A stretch of 64,000 nt of DNA from Asterias rubens. Lineage: Eukaryota. A program made the translations under genes and the position numbers. Position 1 is the first letter of the stretch. Each line of letters starts with the position of its first letter. The DNA is taken from assembly GCF_902459465.1 (NCBI RefSeq), contig NC_047083.1, positions 682,001 to 746,000 on the forward strand. The letters are read 5' to 3'. The notes below the pieces were generated by a model that had not been told where the DNA came from, searched no databases, and saw only the letters and a program-made list of their open reading frames with translations. This document shows, one piece after another, positions 46,741-60,314 of this stretch.

Positions 46741-49700
46741 CAATGTAATTGTGTATTGACCCATAACGCGCAGTGCACTTTACACGTGCCTATCCTGCCC
46801 GCCATTTTTTGAGCCAATGTGCATTTTTAGTTGACCCAAATGGCGCAAATGACGGACGCGAAGCCCAAAACAAATGCCATGAGCAGAATAAGGTAACGAG
46901 CCAATATTTCACATGCACCATTTGTGACTGGTATCCTGCTTATTTTTGCTGAGCAGGAAATTGTTTAGCAATATTTCTGCTCATGCAAGCAGCTCAATGA
47001 AGTAGTGTTTTCGCTTAGCAGGAAAATGTTAAGCAATATTTTCTGCTAAGCAATTACTCGGTGAAATTTGCCCTATATACATATTGCATGCCATGGGTTG
47101 TTGGTTAAATTCCAATCAACCATAATATAACACTCGAGCTTGAAATCATGAGATGTATTTCAGTGTAGTCTCACTCTCTGCTCGTGTTAATCAATGTCTC
47201 GCTTCATTAAGATTTTGATGAGCTGTCTGCCTCTTGCATAATCATGCAGAACTTAATGGTTTCACTAGTCTTGACTCAACTCGTTGCTCAATTTAACAAT
47301 GATTCAGGCTGGGTTGACTAAAGCGTCTTGTGGATGGACAAGAAGACTAGATTGCACGCGTTTTATCTACGGCAGTTTCGTCTCAACACGCGCGCATCAT
47401 GGGGGTCAAAATGTGCACAAAGGATCGACTCCAAAAAGGCATAAATGGTATAAGACCATCGTCTGCTAAGCAGAAATGAGCATGATACCAGTCACAAATT
47501 GAACTTGTGACATGGTATAGTTTAGCGGGTAACCTTATTATGGTAAGCATTACTCTGTTATGCTGAGCTATACTTGTTATGCTTAAGCAGCTCTTTATAT
47601 AAATAATTGGGGCTTGTTGCTTAAGAATGTTTTTTAATTCTTAAATTATAGTTCCTTTCGTCGAGACGGCCATGTTGAATTAAAATGTACAAGATTTTGC
47701 ATCTGCGCGAGATTACTAAAAACAAGTGTGATGATGAAGGACCACGTGGCCCATTTCCCGTACCCTCCAAGGCATCTTTGAGTTAGAGTAGCGGCTGAGT
47801 AGCGTCGTCTTGCAAAGGGTATCATTGTGTTGCAACACGCGGTGTGAAATCTCATCTCATGGAAATCAACAAATCGCAATCACCCAAACATCATTGCCTC
47901 CTCCTCCTCCTCCTTTGGCCCGATGGAAAATAAATCAAGACGGTCAATCAACGATGCAATATTTAGCATTCGTAATATGCGGCAGCATCTTCAAGTAATA
48001 CTACAAGAGAACGGTCGCAGACCAATCATCTTAAAGGAGCTGTGCTGTCAGGATCAAAGCTGCAGGCCTTCAGCTTCACATGGAATTATGAACTGTCGTG
48101 CAGTTACTGCACAAACGCGTTAGCGAACGTGCTCTTTGAATAAAGTTAATGTATACGGTATCGGAAATGTTGTAAAATATTATTGCATGCATCGTGAAAA
48201 GTTGTGTAGGGCCTTTTTGAAATGTTGGCCATCCTCTTTTCTAGTACAAATTTTCTCAGTCCTCTTCATTAGTCCAAATTTGGAAACTCTATTTAGTATT
48301 TTTCAAGTTCAGAAAACACATTTTTGGTTTACGCGGTTTTTTTTTTAACAATTATAAATTCATTGATAAATCCTTGACAAAATAGTTTAAATATCTTTTC
48401 CCTTTAATGTTTACTGGTGTAAAATTAAAATTCAGCGTGTGTTTTGTGTCATGGTATAGTGGTATGCTTTGCACACGCTGCATCAATAAACTCGACACAC
48501 CATCTGCGTTAAATGTCATCGGCAGTATCGACTCCGTAAACCTGAAGTATAATTAAGCCTAAGAAAGTTCAGATGTTCCGGAGATAAACTCCGGGCATTG
48601 TCCTGCGGGGTCAAAGGACAAAGTTAGGAACTCTCTAGTGGAGAGCTTTTGGCATGATGATTCTCATGGAATGGTTAAGCTCTTTGAAGGTATACAACAT
48701 TTTGTAACATTTTTAAATCTCCTTGGGTCGATTTCACCAAGAGTTAGGACTAGTCTTAACTCCAAGGACTTCATAGTGAATACTGAGTGAAGAATTATGG
48801 AGCCATGGTTTTAATGCTATTGATTCTGACAATGTCTGCTGCAAAAAAGATCGGGGATCTTGAATCCTTTGACCAAAGCTGTACTAACTTCACACTTAAT
48901 ATCAGTTTCTCATTTTTGTTTTACCGTAACAAAACATCAGGTGAGGTTTGTGGTAAGCACCATGTGTAAATCTCGTTTGAGTTGTGATGGTTCTGAATGA
49001 GAACCAGTGGTTGACATAAAAAAAATCAAGCAACACTTTCAAAAGCAACTTTCCCCACAGGCGGGTCTATTGAGTATGGTGTGGCCATCGGGTCTAAATC
49101 AATTACAACCTTTTATACGAATACTAGCGATATGATCTTGAGACACTCGCCACAACCGAGTGGTAATTTTCTGCTCAGCATGAGAAGTAATTTATTCACG
49201 ACCTAAGGGCTAAGTCTGCGCTGTTGGTTGCCGCAACATTCACCAGACTTTGTTTTGAAAGATCTGTTTAAAGGGATACGTTTGGTAACCCCTCTTAAAA
49301 CTAAACTAAAAACGATACTTGGTGAGGAGAAAATACAGCAGCCTTTTGATATTTGAAATCATTTTGAGAATCATTTTCACTTTGAAGTAATGTGGCTTTG
49401 GGAAAAGATACCCCAACATTTTGAATTTGAGAAACGTTATTGTCAGAAACGTAGACAATATCTCAAAAACGCTACCACCTTTTGAGATGAAATTTTCACG
49501 GGTAATTTATTTTTGTATAAATATTCGTGTTTTTACATTTGTATAGGATTCAGACAATCGAACGGTTCAACAAACCAAATGTATATGTTCCATATAATTA
49601 AATATTCTTGCAAAATTAAAGTCATAGCAATGACATATCCTTCTGAATAAAAACCGGTTTGGATACATCAACGGAGAGAAAAAATCCCAGAGACACTTCA

Positions 49701-49872
49701 TGGCAGGTCTGTATAAACTTATCCATCTGCTATGCTGGTATTTTAATAAAGGTTTCCATTCCGAAATTGAAGCTACAGTTTCACACCTCACTGAGATACT
49801 TGAGACGTAGTGGGGCTAGGAATGAGTCTCACAGACCGACCCAGTATATCTTGAGAAATATACACCAGTTAA

Positions 49873-50400
49873 GGCACTGGACAATATTGGTAACTACTAA
49901 AAAATTATTGTTGGCATGAACACTTATTTGGTAACGAGCAATGGAGAGCTGTCCGATAGTATCAGCACATGACACTATTGGTATTTTACTCAAAATAATT
50001 GTTAGCAGAGAAACTTACTTAGTAACGAGCGATGAAGAGCTGTTGATAGTATCAGCACATGACACTATTGGTATTTACTCAAAATAATTGTTAGCAGAGA
50101 AACTTACTTAGTAACGAGCGATGAAGAGCTGTTGATTGTACAAAATATTGTGAGAAACGGCTCACTTGGAGAAAGAAGTAGTTTCTCAATAAAATCGGGG
50201 TCTGAAGCCATTTTAAGGCATCTGATGAAAGCACACACATGTGTGCAACAAAGGTGTTTATTCTTTCATTATGATTCTCTGCAACTTCGATAACCAACAA
50301 TGAGTCAAAAGTTTCACAGATTTGTTATGTATGCCTAGTGTTAGGATACACCAAGTGAGAATGGTGGTCTTTGACAATTACCAAAGGTGTCACTGGGTGC
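49873..50400. mobile_element. Family A variant MITE with triplicated left end
   Basis: GACA(A/C)TATTGG restarts at 49880, 49971 and 50061. Confidence 0.8.
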
Positions 50401-53400
50401 TTAAAGGTTTTCTATATCCATACTTGTATTGCAACAAATGATTCACTTTATTTTTGTAGGAGTAAACATGAACACGTGGGTAAATATTAATATTTGCTTG
50501 TTCTTGTAAAAGCCGGTATACCGGCATAATTCATGGACTTTAAAGCGACTCGTGACGTCATCAACGCTGAGAAAATGGCGTAAAAACTGCATTTATACAG
50601 CCAGTTAATTCTTTGATACTTTGCTTACCAACATGCTGTGAGCAATATATTTCCAAATATAGTTTGGATTTTGTACTATTGACAACTAGAAGAAAGGGCC
50701 CGAATTAACTCTTCCAACAAAATGAAGTGGTGTATGTTACCTTTAAAGAAAAGTAATTTTTTAGAGAGAGAGAGAGATGTTGCCGAAAATCTGTAGCGGT
50801 TATGTCCACACAGGTAGAATAATCACGAATAGGAATACACGATTTGAGAAACGCATATAGTAATGTTTTTTTTTCTTCAAAATGCTTAAACGAAAGCTGC
50901 TGCAGGCTTCTGTAACCAAATGTTTTTATTGCCATTTAATTTAAGATTACCAAACTTCATTCCCTTTAACCCACGCTGGTGTTACTGCAGTGATCCTCCA
51001 TGCCATAAGGCACACGCATTAGAATCGCAGCGGAATAGAATGCGCGGTATGCGACCTCCTTTAACATCTATAGATACCACAGTTCACCCTCGGTATATTA
51101 TCAAATTTATTTATGTTTGGTTATGATTTGATTGATTATATGAACTGTCAGACGTTGTGTTTAGTAATAATGTTATTCACTGAGGACTTGAGAATGGTCT
51201 AAACGAGGAAACTGGGATCAGAATATAAAAATTATTGACTTTGTGGTGGTTGAGTTTATGACAAACCGGAAGTAGATTCTGGCTAAGGAAGAAAGGATAA
51301 CACGGAGCCATGTCGTGCTCTTTCTTGTCATTAGGCCAAATAAATACGGACTATACACAAAGTAATTATCACCCAAAATGTGATTGTGTTTCACGACTGC
51401 TTGGTGCAGAGCACGTTCTTAGAGGAGCAAACACTCATAAACGTCAACACAGGATTGTATGTAGGAAACGAGAAGAACATCGTTCAACTTTAGATGTGGG
51501 TTAGGAAACCCTAAAAGGGGGAAACCCTAGAAGGGAGAAACCCTAAAAGGGGGAAACCCTAAAAGGGGGAAACCCGTGTAATTTGGTGGGATTGAAAACC
51601 CAATCTATACATGAAAGGGTCTGGTCTGATCGGGATTCGAACCGGGGTCTACAGAGGTGAAAAGAATGGGAAAGAAACCACTAATCTAACCTGTGGGCTA
51701 AGGAAACTCACACACTAAAAACGCATTTTCTGTGTGTTTTGTACTTTTCCCAAATTAAAGTTTACATGTAAGAATGATGAGATAGCTACGACAGGTCACC
51801 TATAGTGCATGTTGCAGTTTTTAGAGATTAATTTAAACCACTGCGTTAAAAAGAAAAAGAAAAAAAGAAAAAAGAAAAAAATCCAACCTTGTGTTGACCT
51901 TAATTATGGCGCAGAGTACCAGGATATCCTCTGTACTATGTATTTTCACTGTCGGTGTTTTGGACACCAGCCAGGTTCCTCATACGTTTATCGCCATGGT
52001 TGCATGACTTGATATAAATAAACCAACGTTGTTTTGCTCCTTGACATTTTGCGTGGTGAGATACAAATTGGCTCACGGCAGGTGAAAACGTGTCAGGTGT
52101 GTGACCTGAGGTCATGACCTCGTGTCGTGACCCCGGGGTCAAAATAGAGGCCTGTCAATTTGAATGTGTAACGGATAGTTTGCAGAGGTATTCCTTTAAA
52201 AATAGCATCGAGGTTTAGTACTTGTGGGTAAAGTGTACGGGGTAGAATGTCAAACTCAACTGGAAGGATTAAAGTAATGTTGGAACTCAATATCTTCCAA
52301 GACAGATGGTGTTCAAGAGATAAACACTTGGGACAAACATTCTGGATGATTTTGGAATTTTAGTAGCTTTAGAGAAAAAGACGAAGTGTTAATAGAGCAT
52401 GGCGTGAAGGTGCACTTTGTCAAGATACTCTTACAGCAGCTGGGGTGAAAGGTCGACTCGGTCGGCATCTCAAAAGTATTAATTACTTGTAGGACGCTCT
52501 CTGTAGGTAATATTCATCCGAGCACGCACACCTTAAACAATTTTTAATATTTGAAAGTGATATTTGTTCCCTTTTTCATACATAAAATAAATTCCCAGGA
52601 ATCTTAATATCACATTAATTTTGAGCTTTTGTGACATTTTTTTGTTTCCTTTTTTTGTTATACTTATAAACCATTTTCAGGATTCAAAATCTCACATTAA
52701 TGAGCGTTTTGTGATCTTTCACTCCTTGCTTCATGCATTGTTTTTGGCCTCCTTCTTGAGGCCTCCACTATGAAACATACAACTCATCTTCAGCAGGTCA
52801 ATTCTAGTCGTATCCACGCAAATATCAAGTCCTTATCAAGAATGGTGTTGCATTACATATTGACCCTCCCTAGCTTTAAGAGGGAATCACATCGGGTTGA
52901 AACGAGAGACACGTGCAGCTTATCAGCATTCAAATCCCGGCCGTTAAATAATGACGTCAGAGAGAGAGTAACCTTTTTAGCAACTCCAGTCACGTTCCAC
53001 GTATACTTGGTACATCTTTGCAATGGAAGTTACAATTCCATAAAATGGCGCCATACTATTTTTCCCAAGGTAGCGACATAATTTAAACATACTGTTGGTA
53101 TCCAAATTATTCAATACAGTCACCAGATTATTATGCAATCCTGTGTCCCCCCCCCCCCCCCCACCGGATAGCTCTAACCATCTAGCGCTCATACTTCAAC
53201 ATTACCCTCCACAACAAGGCTGGTGACTACATAGTCACTAAAGCAAGGGAATAGTCTATGAAAAATGTCAATTAAACCAACCAATTCAAGAGGATGTTAT
53301 ATAACATTATCTCTTTCAACATTAATCAACGATAGTCGAGTAGTAAATTTCACTAGTCGCCCATGCCAATAATGTATCTTTGTCTTTGGTATCTCGGCAT

Positions 53401-54247
53401 ACTCTACTACATGATTGTAAGTCGACGAGGATGAATATTTCGAGTGGAATGAGACTGAGGCGTCTTGAAGCCCAGGAGATCTGACCAGTGTCATTTGTTA
53501 TTCTTTAATATCTCAGTGTTTGGCTGCTTGAACATTCAGAATCCCACGATGGTCCGATAATACAGACCGGAGATTCTGGTAAATATTCTAGCCTGAAAAA
53601 CTCCGCAATAAGTCGGATGTGTGATCGAGGAGATATGTACGAACACGACGTGCAGTGAAATACTTATCCCTCTCGAAAAAAGAAATCACAATAAAACAGC
53701 CACAAGGGAGAGCAGAAACAACAAACAACAACGAAATTATTTCAAACATAGGGTGCGGGAAGAAAAACTATAGTTTCAAATTGATCTGAATTTTTTTTAT
53801 TATTGAGGAATGTTGAATATAAATAGCCTACATAATTATCATAATTACTGAGTGATAGCAGGCTGATGACTCGTCTAAATGCCCACTCCTCCTCCTTAGA
53901 TTGCTGCTTGATTTATTGTTCATTTTCCGGGACATTTCCGACTGCCCACTCTCGCATAATGACAGCGGTTTATTGCTCCCTCGAGGGCACAAAATCTGGC
54001 CGGTCATCGAGCACCGATCCACGGCGTGGAACGCGACCCTCGATGCTTTTTTTCATTATGTTCTCTCGGTAAAGTCTTTTTGGGCAAGTTGTTCCCATTG
54101 CGACTGTTGAATCGAAGACGTGTATAAACATCACGTTAAAAACGCTCTGTGATGAAAGAACGTGGCTGCCAGTGCAAATGAACGGCCCAGGGCATTATAT
54201 TGACATGCAGGGACTTTAGAACTGTTGTTGCAGAACCCCGATAATGG

Positions 54248-54615
54248 GGTAAATATTGGACCTGGTTAGCTATTACTGACCCCTTGTGAACATTTATTTT
54301 GGACCTGGATTTACCTTAGGAGTGAATATTTGACCTGGTTTGCTGACCACAACATAAGACCTAAGTGTATTAAATTTTATTTTACCTGACCTCTGGGTGT
54401 TGACTTAAAGGCAATAATGGAGGGTTAATATTGGACCTGGCTATAGCTATTACTGACCTCGTGAATTGATATTGGACCTCAATTTGGGGATGCATATTTT
54501 GACCTGGTTTTTCTGACCGCAATACATCTGACCTATATGTGTTGACTTAAGGGCAATATATGTAGGGTAAATACTGGACCGGATGAAATCACATTCAGGT
54601 CAATATTGGACCAAG
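54248..54615. repeat. Degenerate tandem repeat built from ATATTKGACCTGG subunits (about 190-bp higher-order unit)
   Basis: Recurrent taaatattggacctgg..agctattactgacc and gtgttgacttaa(a/g)ggcaata. Confidence 0.7.
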
Positions 54616-55494
54616 CATGCCAACCATGCGTTGTTTAAACACAAATAGGGTTGTGCTTGTTGATATTGTCTAATAGCATTACCTGACTCCAACATTATGA
54701 GCATATTATATTTAAAACAACAAACGTGCGACAGTTGTATTTCAATTGGTCATAAGAGTACCGCTAATAATATACTAATAATAATAATTAATTTTATGTA
54801 TAAATCTGAAATGAAAATGTGAGACTTCCACACAGTGGTTATCTATATGAAACCGAACGTGATGTTTTTACGAATGCTTTTTATAGAAAATGATGGCAAT
54901 AAGGAAATAACTTCCCTTATTGAAAGGAGTTTCCATTGTACAAAAATTTGCAATTAAATTCCAGAGCGGGTGGTCGGTTAGTTAAGTTTTTAGTTGTTTG
55001 TGTAAGTTCCTGTTTTAATGTCAACGTACTTCATCTTTGTTTCGTTTTGTGTGTGCCCGATTAAACGGTGAAATAACGCGGGGAAAAAAAGTGTGATTTT
55101 GCAACCAATGTCTAACTTTCTACAATATAGGGTATCTTAGCTAAAGCAAGCATAGCAAACTTATAATCAAGCATTATACAAGGTATTAAACTAAAAGCAA
55201 GCTAGAAAGCTAAGGCAAGCTTAGCAAGCTAACTAAAAATGTGTTTGAAGCACATACGATTAATGAAATTGGGTCCTGCCCCCAGATTGCGAGGTCTAAT
55301 TAGATAAAGTGCCAAGGGGCCAAATCACTTGACAGGCCCCTGTGCTGACATAAGGATCTCTGCTCGGCTATACTCATGACGATGTTCGCTTTAGATACAG
55401 CTGTAAATCGTAATTGTATAACATTAGTGGATGGACAAAGCTTCTTGATGACAAAGTCTGTCATCTTCTGGCGCAAAATCGTGTTTATGACGCA

Positions 55495-55998
55495 GAAATC
55501 GACTCTACAACCTTTTTGATAACAGTGTTTTCATTGTTGGTTTACGTGTTTGTATTCGGATAATTTCAGAGGCGTCAATATCGATTCCATCGTGGATTGA
55601 TTCGAGTATTAACAGTCGAATTCAATGGAGAGTCGACTCCGTAATGTTTTGTTATTGAGGGGGTAACTACAAGAGTATACAGATTTCTTTGTTGCATTCG
55701 GACATAACCGATCGGGATGTAAATGTAATCGACTTAGTTTATTGAGTCGAGTATTTTAAATCGAATAAGATGTAGAGTCGACTCCACAACCTTATGGCGG
55801 GCAAATTACACGTGTGTGTAATACATTCTAATCGACCCCGATATCAAAGTAATCGACTCCAGTCCTCCTCTCAATTGGAGTAATGCTGATTGATGATTGA
55901 TGACCGATGACTCAGGCCTGAATTATTTGGAATAAATGCATTCTACGTATTCGAATAAATTGTATGTCGAATAAGTTGTTTTTAGTAGAGTCGACCCC
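55495..55998. repeat. TCGA / GAGTCGACTC-rich degenerate repeat
   Basis: 14 TCGA tetramers counted by eye in about 500 bp. Confidence 0.6.
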
Positions 55999-56142
55999 TA
56001 AAGAGGTATCCTGTACTTTTGATGATTCACTTTGCCGCGCTTTGGTATACTGAGGTGTAGCAAGAGATGATGAATTGCTCCCTTCGTTTATAAAGGGGAT
56101 ATTGGTCACCGTATTTGCATTTGTTGGTTGGATTTATCTTAA

Positions 56143-56503
56143 AGACAGTGGACACTATTGGTTATCATAAAACCTTATACTTGATTACGAGTAATGGGGA
56201 GAGGTTGATAGTATAAAGCATTGTGAGAAGCTGTTCCCTCTGAAGTAATGTATTTTCGCGAAATAAGTAATTTTCCACGAATTTGATTTCGAGACATCAA
56301 GTTTAGAATTTGAGGTCTCGAAATCAAGCATCTGAAAGCACACAACTTCGTGTGACAATTGTGTTTTTTTCTTTCATTATTATCTCGCAACTTCGCAACT
56401 CCGATTGCGCTCAAATTTTCACAGGTTTGTTATTTTATGCATATGTTGAGATACAACACCAACTGTGAAGATCTTTGATAATTACCAGTAGTGTCCACTG
56501 TCT
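56143..56503. mobile_element. TTAA MITE, family A
   Basis: ttaa|AGACAGTGGACACTA...TAGTGTCCACTGTCT|ttaa. Confidence 0.9.
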
Positions 56504-56828
56504 TTAAGAAAGGTCCGTTACCATTGTTTGAGATTACTCATTAGTCCTCTATTTCATCATAAAATGATCATTAAGTTCAAAATCATACATTGTTCATACC
56601 CTCTATAGATTTCAAGAAACAAATATTACAGGAATGGTGATTTTTTTAAAGAAATATATCATATAGGGATGGTACATCGTTGGTTAATGAGGAAGTTATC
56701 CTCTATTTTTCAAGGCATAATTATAAATATTATCAAGAAATGCCAAACACGTAGTAAAGTTGGGAAAATAAAACAGTTGGCAAAATAGCATGGTCCTGTT
56801 TTTTTAAAATGAGAATCAGTTTCCTAAA

Positions 56829-57201
56829 AGCCATTATACACTTTCGGTACAGAAAAAAAAGGTCACAGATTTACAAATAATTTACAGGATTCACAGAACG
56901 TAATGGTGAAAGACTTCTCTTGAAATATTATTCGATGAAATGCTTTACTTTTTGAGAAAACATTAAAACAATATCAATTCTCGATAGCGAGAATTACGAA
57001 TTTATTTTGAACACATGTCATAACACGAGGAAACGTGCGGAAACAAGGGAGGGTTTTCCCGTTATTTTCTCCCGACTCCGATAACCGATTGAGCCTAAAT
57101 TTTCACAGGTTTGTTATTTTATTTTGTTATTTTATATAGAAGTTGTGATACACGAAGTGTGGGCCTTGGACATTACTGTTTACCGAAAGTGTCCAATGGC
57201 T
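56829..57201. mobile_element. TTAA-type MITE, family C
   Basis: AGCCATTATACACTTTCGGTA...TACCGAAAGTGTCCAATGGCT|ttaa. Confidence 0.85.
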
Positions 57202-60200
57202 TTAACCATTACCGAACACACAAGATCATGATGACAACACACCTTTAAAACTTGCTGTCCGCCAGGCTAATTACTATCCTTCGATATTTCGCCAGTGGGC
57301 ATGCGCTCTGGCGTCTTAAAGTCTAACGTTGAATCTAATTATATATCTTGCCTGCTGTTCTATGCACTTAACATTATTAAATTTGAATGGTTTTGAATTA
57401 TTTTAAATCGGCGGAAGAAAGTGGAAAGGTACAACAACTCCGATCTGACATAACAACGGATTTAGCCAGGAAAGGGTCATTCACATTGTCGGAAAATCGA
57501 CTGCTATGTTGTAGAACCATTCATGATTGACTCTACAGAATGTTGGTGGTTCGCTGACTGTGTTTCAATAGGCAAATTTCAGGTGTTTGTTTTTGTATCA
57601 CTATCTCACTAATTACAAAACACTGTAGGTGTTTTTGAACATGAACAACTCGTCTTTAGGATAAGGAGCAATTTTTGGGATGTTCTCAAGGCAGTGTGCC
57701 CCTTTAATTGGTGGTGGAGTTTCTTTGGCTGGCAAATCAAGTGTTTTTTTTTAACATGGACCGATAGTGCTGTGGCCTTTTTATTTGTTGAGGTTGGCTC
57801 AAAGAAGTGGCTTCGTGATTTTCTTATGATTTATGTGACTGTATGGTTCTGCAAATTCGTGATTGCAGATGATTAGACATGCGCCCTCTAGCATCTGCTG
57901 AAGTTTACCATGCCAACCCTAAGCATTAACTCCCCATCCGATGGAGCTCTCACATGTTTTTTCAATAATTTATTGTCAGCGTTTAAGTGATTTACTGCAA
58001 CTTGCAACGGTGTGACGTCATTTCTGGAGTAATTATACAGCAAATAGCTGGTCGTATGAACTGAGCGTTACTTGTATAAGCTACCACGATTTGAAATGAA
58101 ATTTTCACCGATGATTTTGTATTGTATTGTCTTTGTTACATTTATAGGGTTAAAACAAAAGAACTATTCCAAAGACCAAAACGTAAGCCTAAACTTCACC
58201 TTTAATATTTTGTATTTCCATTGTTTGTATATAATCTATGGATTGGTCGACTCTGATGCAAATTCCATACATTATTATATGCCTTTGAGGACGTCATTGT
58301 GTTCCTATAAAAAAAAACATTGGTCTAAATTTTGTTCCATCTTGAAACAATAATTTGACAGATATGGCTGGCCATAGGCGGCGCCCTAGGCACACTATAG
58401 TTACCATAAAGTTTGACGTCATGCGGCAGGCTGCCGCCTAAGCTATGTTAATAATGGTACATTGAATGAATTAAACCATTATTTCCAACTAATTGAGCTG
58501 TTTGAATGTGGGGAGAGGAATATTTTGTCAAAATCAAGCATAATTTATTTATCTTTTTTGAGAGATCGGAATTTGAATCTCCAAATGATATGGATTATTT
58601 TAATAAAAACTGCAGAATGCTGCCAGATACTGTATAAAACATAATTTAGAACATTTTGTTATCATCATTCAACAGACGATAACTATTGTTTTTTCTCTTC
58701 AGAAATTATTGTTCCCCCATAAATGCACGGTAGAGGGCGGTATGACACTGAGCTTTTGCTGGATCTCTTGCGCCTAAACATGCTTTATCGAAATCAAGTC
58801 GAAATCAACTCTCAGTTTCTGATTTGGCACACCATAGAGAATGGACCACATAGACCCTGCTTGCCATTTCCCCAAATATAGATCTGCATAAATTATGATG
58901 TTACAAGTTCAGAAGAGTCCCAACATTACTGAAGAGCTTTCATTCGAAATTACCAAAAAAAGATGGCCGACTCAAACACTGTTGACTTCAGATATGGGGG
59001 AACCGTGGAGGAACCATGGAGGTAGCATTACCTCCATGGAGGAACTAAGTAGGATATCAAAACAGCGGAAGCCTGATAAAACCATTCCATGATAAAACAC
59101 TGTTAGGAAAGTACAGCAGGATTCCCAAAATTATTTGCTAACAAATAAATAGGAATTCATTGCGTTGCGTGAATAAAAAAATACTTGCGGGAAAACAAGT
59201 GAATAATCACTGAATAGTTGGAGTGTTTGTTCATGATGAAGCTTCTTAAAACTTTGCATGGTTTTCGGAATCAAAACTCTTCAAAAAAGGAGATTTTCAG
59301 GTGATACTGATATGTGAAAATCTCTTTTTAAATGGTGCTATAGGCAAACACTACCTTACTAATGATGCATGCTATAATAAAGTTTTCTTTTTTATATTTT
59401 CTGAAAAACTTTGACAATATTGTGCGTAAGTAATTTTAAACAACACTTTTCTGGAAGAACATTATTGTTATTGCAAATTGCCGTTTATTATCTAGGGTTC
59501 CAAGTTCAAAAAATGAAAAGCAAGGACCATTCATTGCATCACCGGGAAACGCAATGGGTATCACCGAACTGTTTGAATCGAAACTGACACCGATACACAT
59601 TTTGTAAAGTTTTGTCAACAACATGCCATTAATTATTTCAACTTGTGCATAAAGGGTACTAAATGACCAATGGCAAACAAGGAAGATAAGAAAAACATCG
59701 CACAATCTACAAAAGAAAACAAACAGACAAACACCAAAACAAACAAACAAACGAACACCCTATTAAACAAGTGCAAATATTTACTCTGGAGTTTAACATT
59801 GTTCCATCTCCGTGGAAACAATCACCACCAGGAAACTCAACATTGTTTTATAAAAATTCAAGCAACCAAATCCTTCATTGTGTTTATTTTTAGACGGTCC
59901 CTAAAAACAATAAAGCCAATCATAGCGGGACGTCCTTTGCTCTGTTATCAGTATACCGCAAAATTGCGCACGCTCGTATAGAAATGGCGCCTTTGTAGCC
60001 GTACAAAGCGGATTATAGCGCCGTTTGTTTGGTTAATGTTTATTGGGGTTTGTTTTTGTGTTTCATTGTTTATGCGCCCATTTGGGCTTCACGTGATAAA
60101 CATAATTGAAATTCATCCAATGTTGGATATCAATAATTCATTAGTTGCCGGGACGTTCAGAAGAGTGGGTGTTCGTTTGGCGGCTTGCTGGCGCAGTGGT

Positions 60201-60248
60201 CTTTTTATTTCTCTCTGGATTTTATTGAAAAGAAAACTTGTTTCCGAA

Positions 60249-60314
60249 ATGGCTGTGTCGGGTTTTGTGGCATGTGTCAAGTATTTGATGTTTGCATTCA
60301 ACTTTTTGTTTTGG
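60249..60314 (+). CDS. Second tetraspanin, first coding exon (remaining exons not found in window)
   Basis: MAVSGFVACVKYLMFAFNFLFW|gtaagt; canonical tetraspanin TM1 and intron position; CpG-rich region upstream at 59.9-60.0 kb. Confidence 0.85.

Noticed and set aside
51505-51578. Telomere-like CCCTAA repeats
   Set aside because: A 16-bp unit (GAAACCCTAAAAGGGG) x4 inside a SINE-like repeat, not a TTAGGG tract.
53297-53494. ORF with ITIM-like VEYAEI, and a plus-strand mini-exon ending in gtaagt
   Set aside because: No good acceptor, no linked exons, and no recognisable family.
53828-54110. GC-richer segment with short ORFs on both strands
   Set aside because: All frames are interrupted by stops and none resembles a known protein.
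57640-57876. Protein-like frames on both strands
   Set aside because: No coherent frame or splice signals; not supportable.
58925-58960. CTGAAGA...GAAA hammerhead core (also about 61355)
   Set aside because: No stem II, stem I or stem III pairing could be built.
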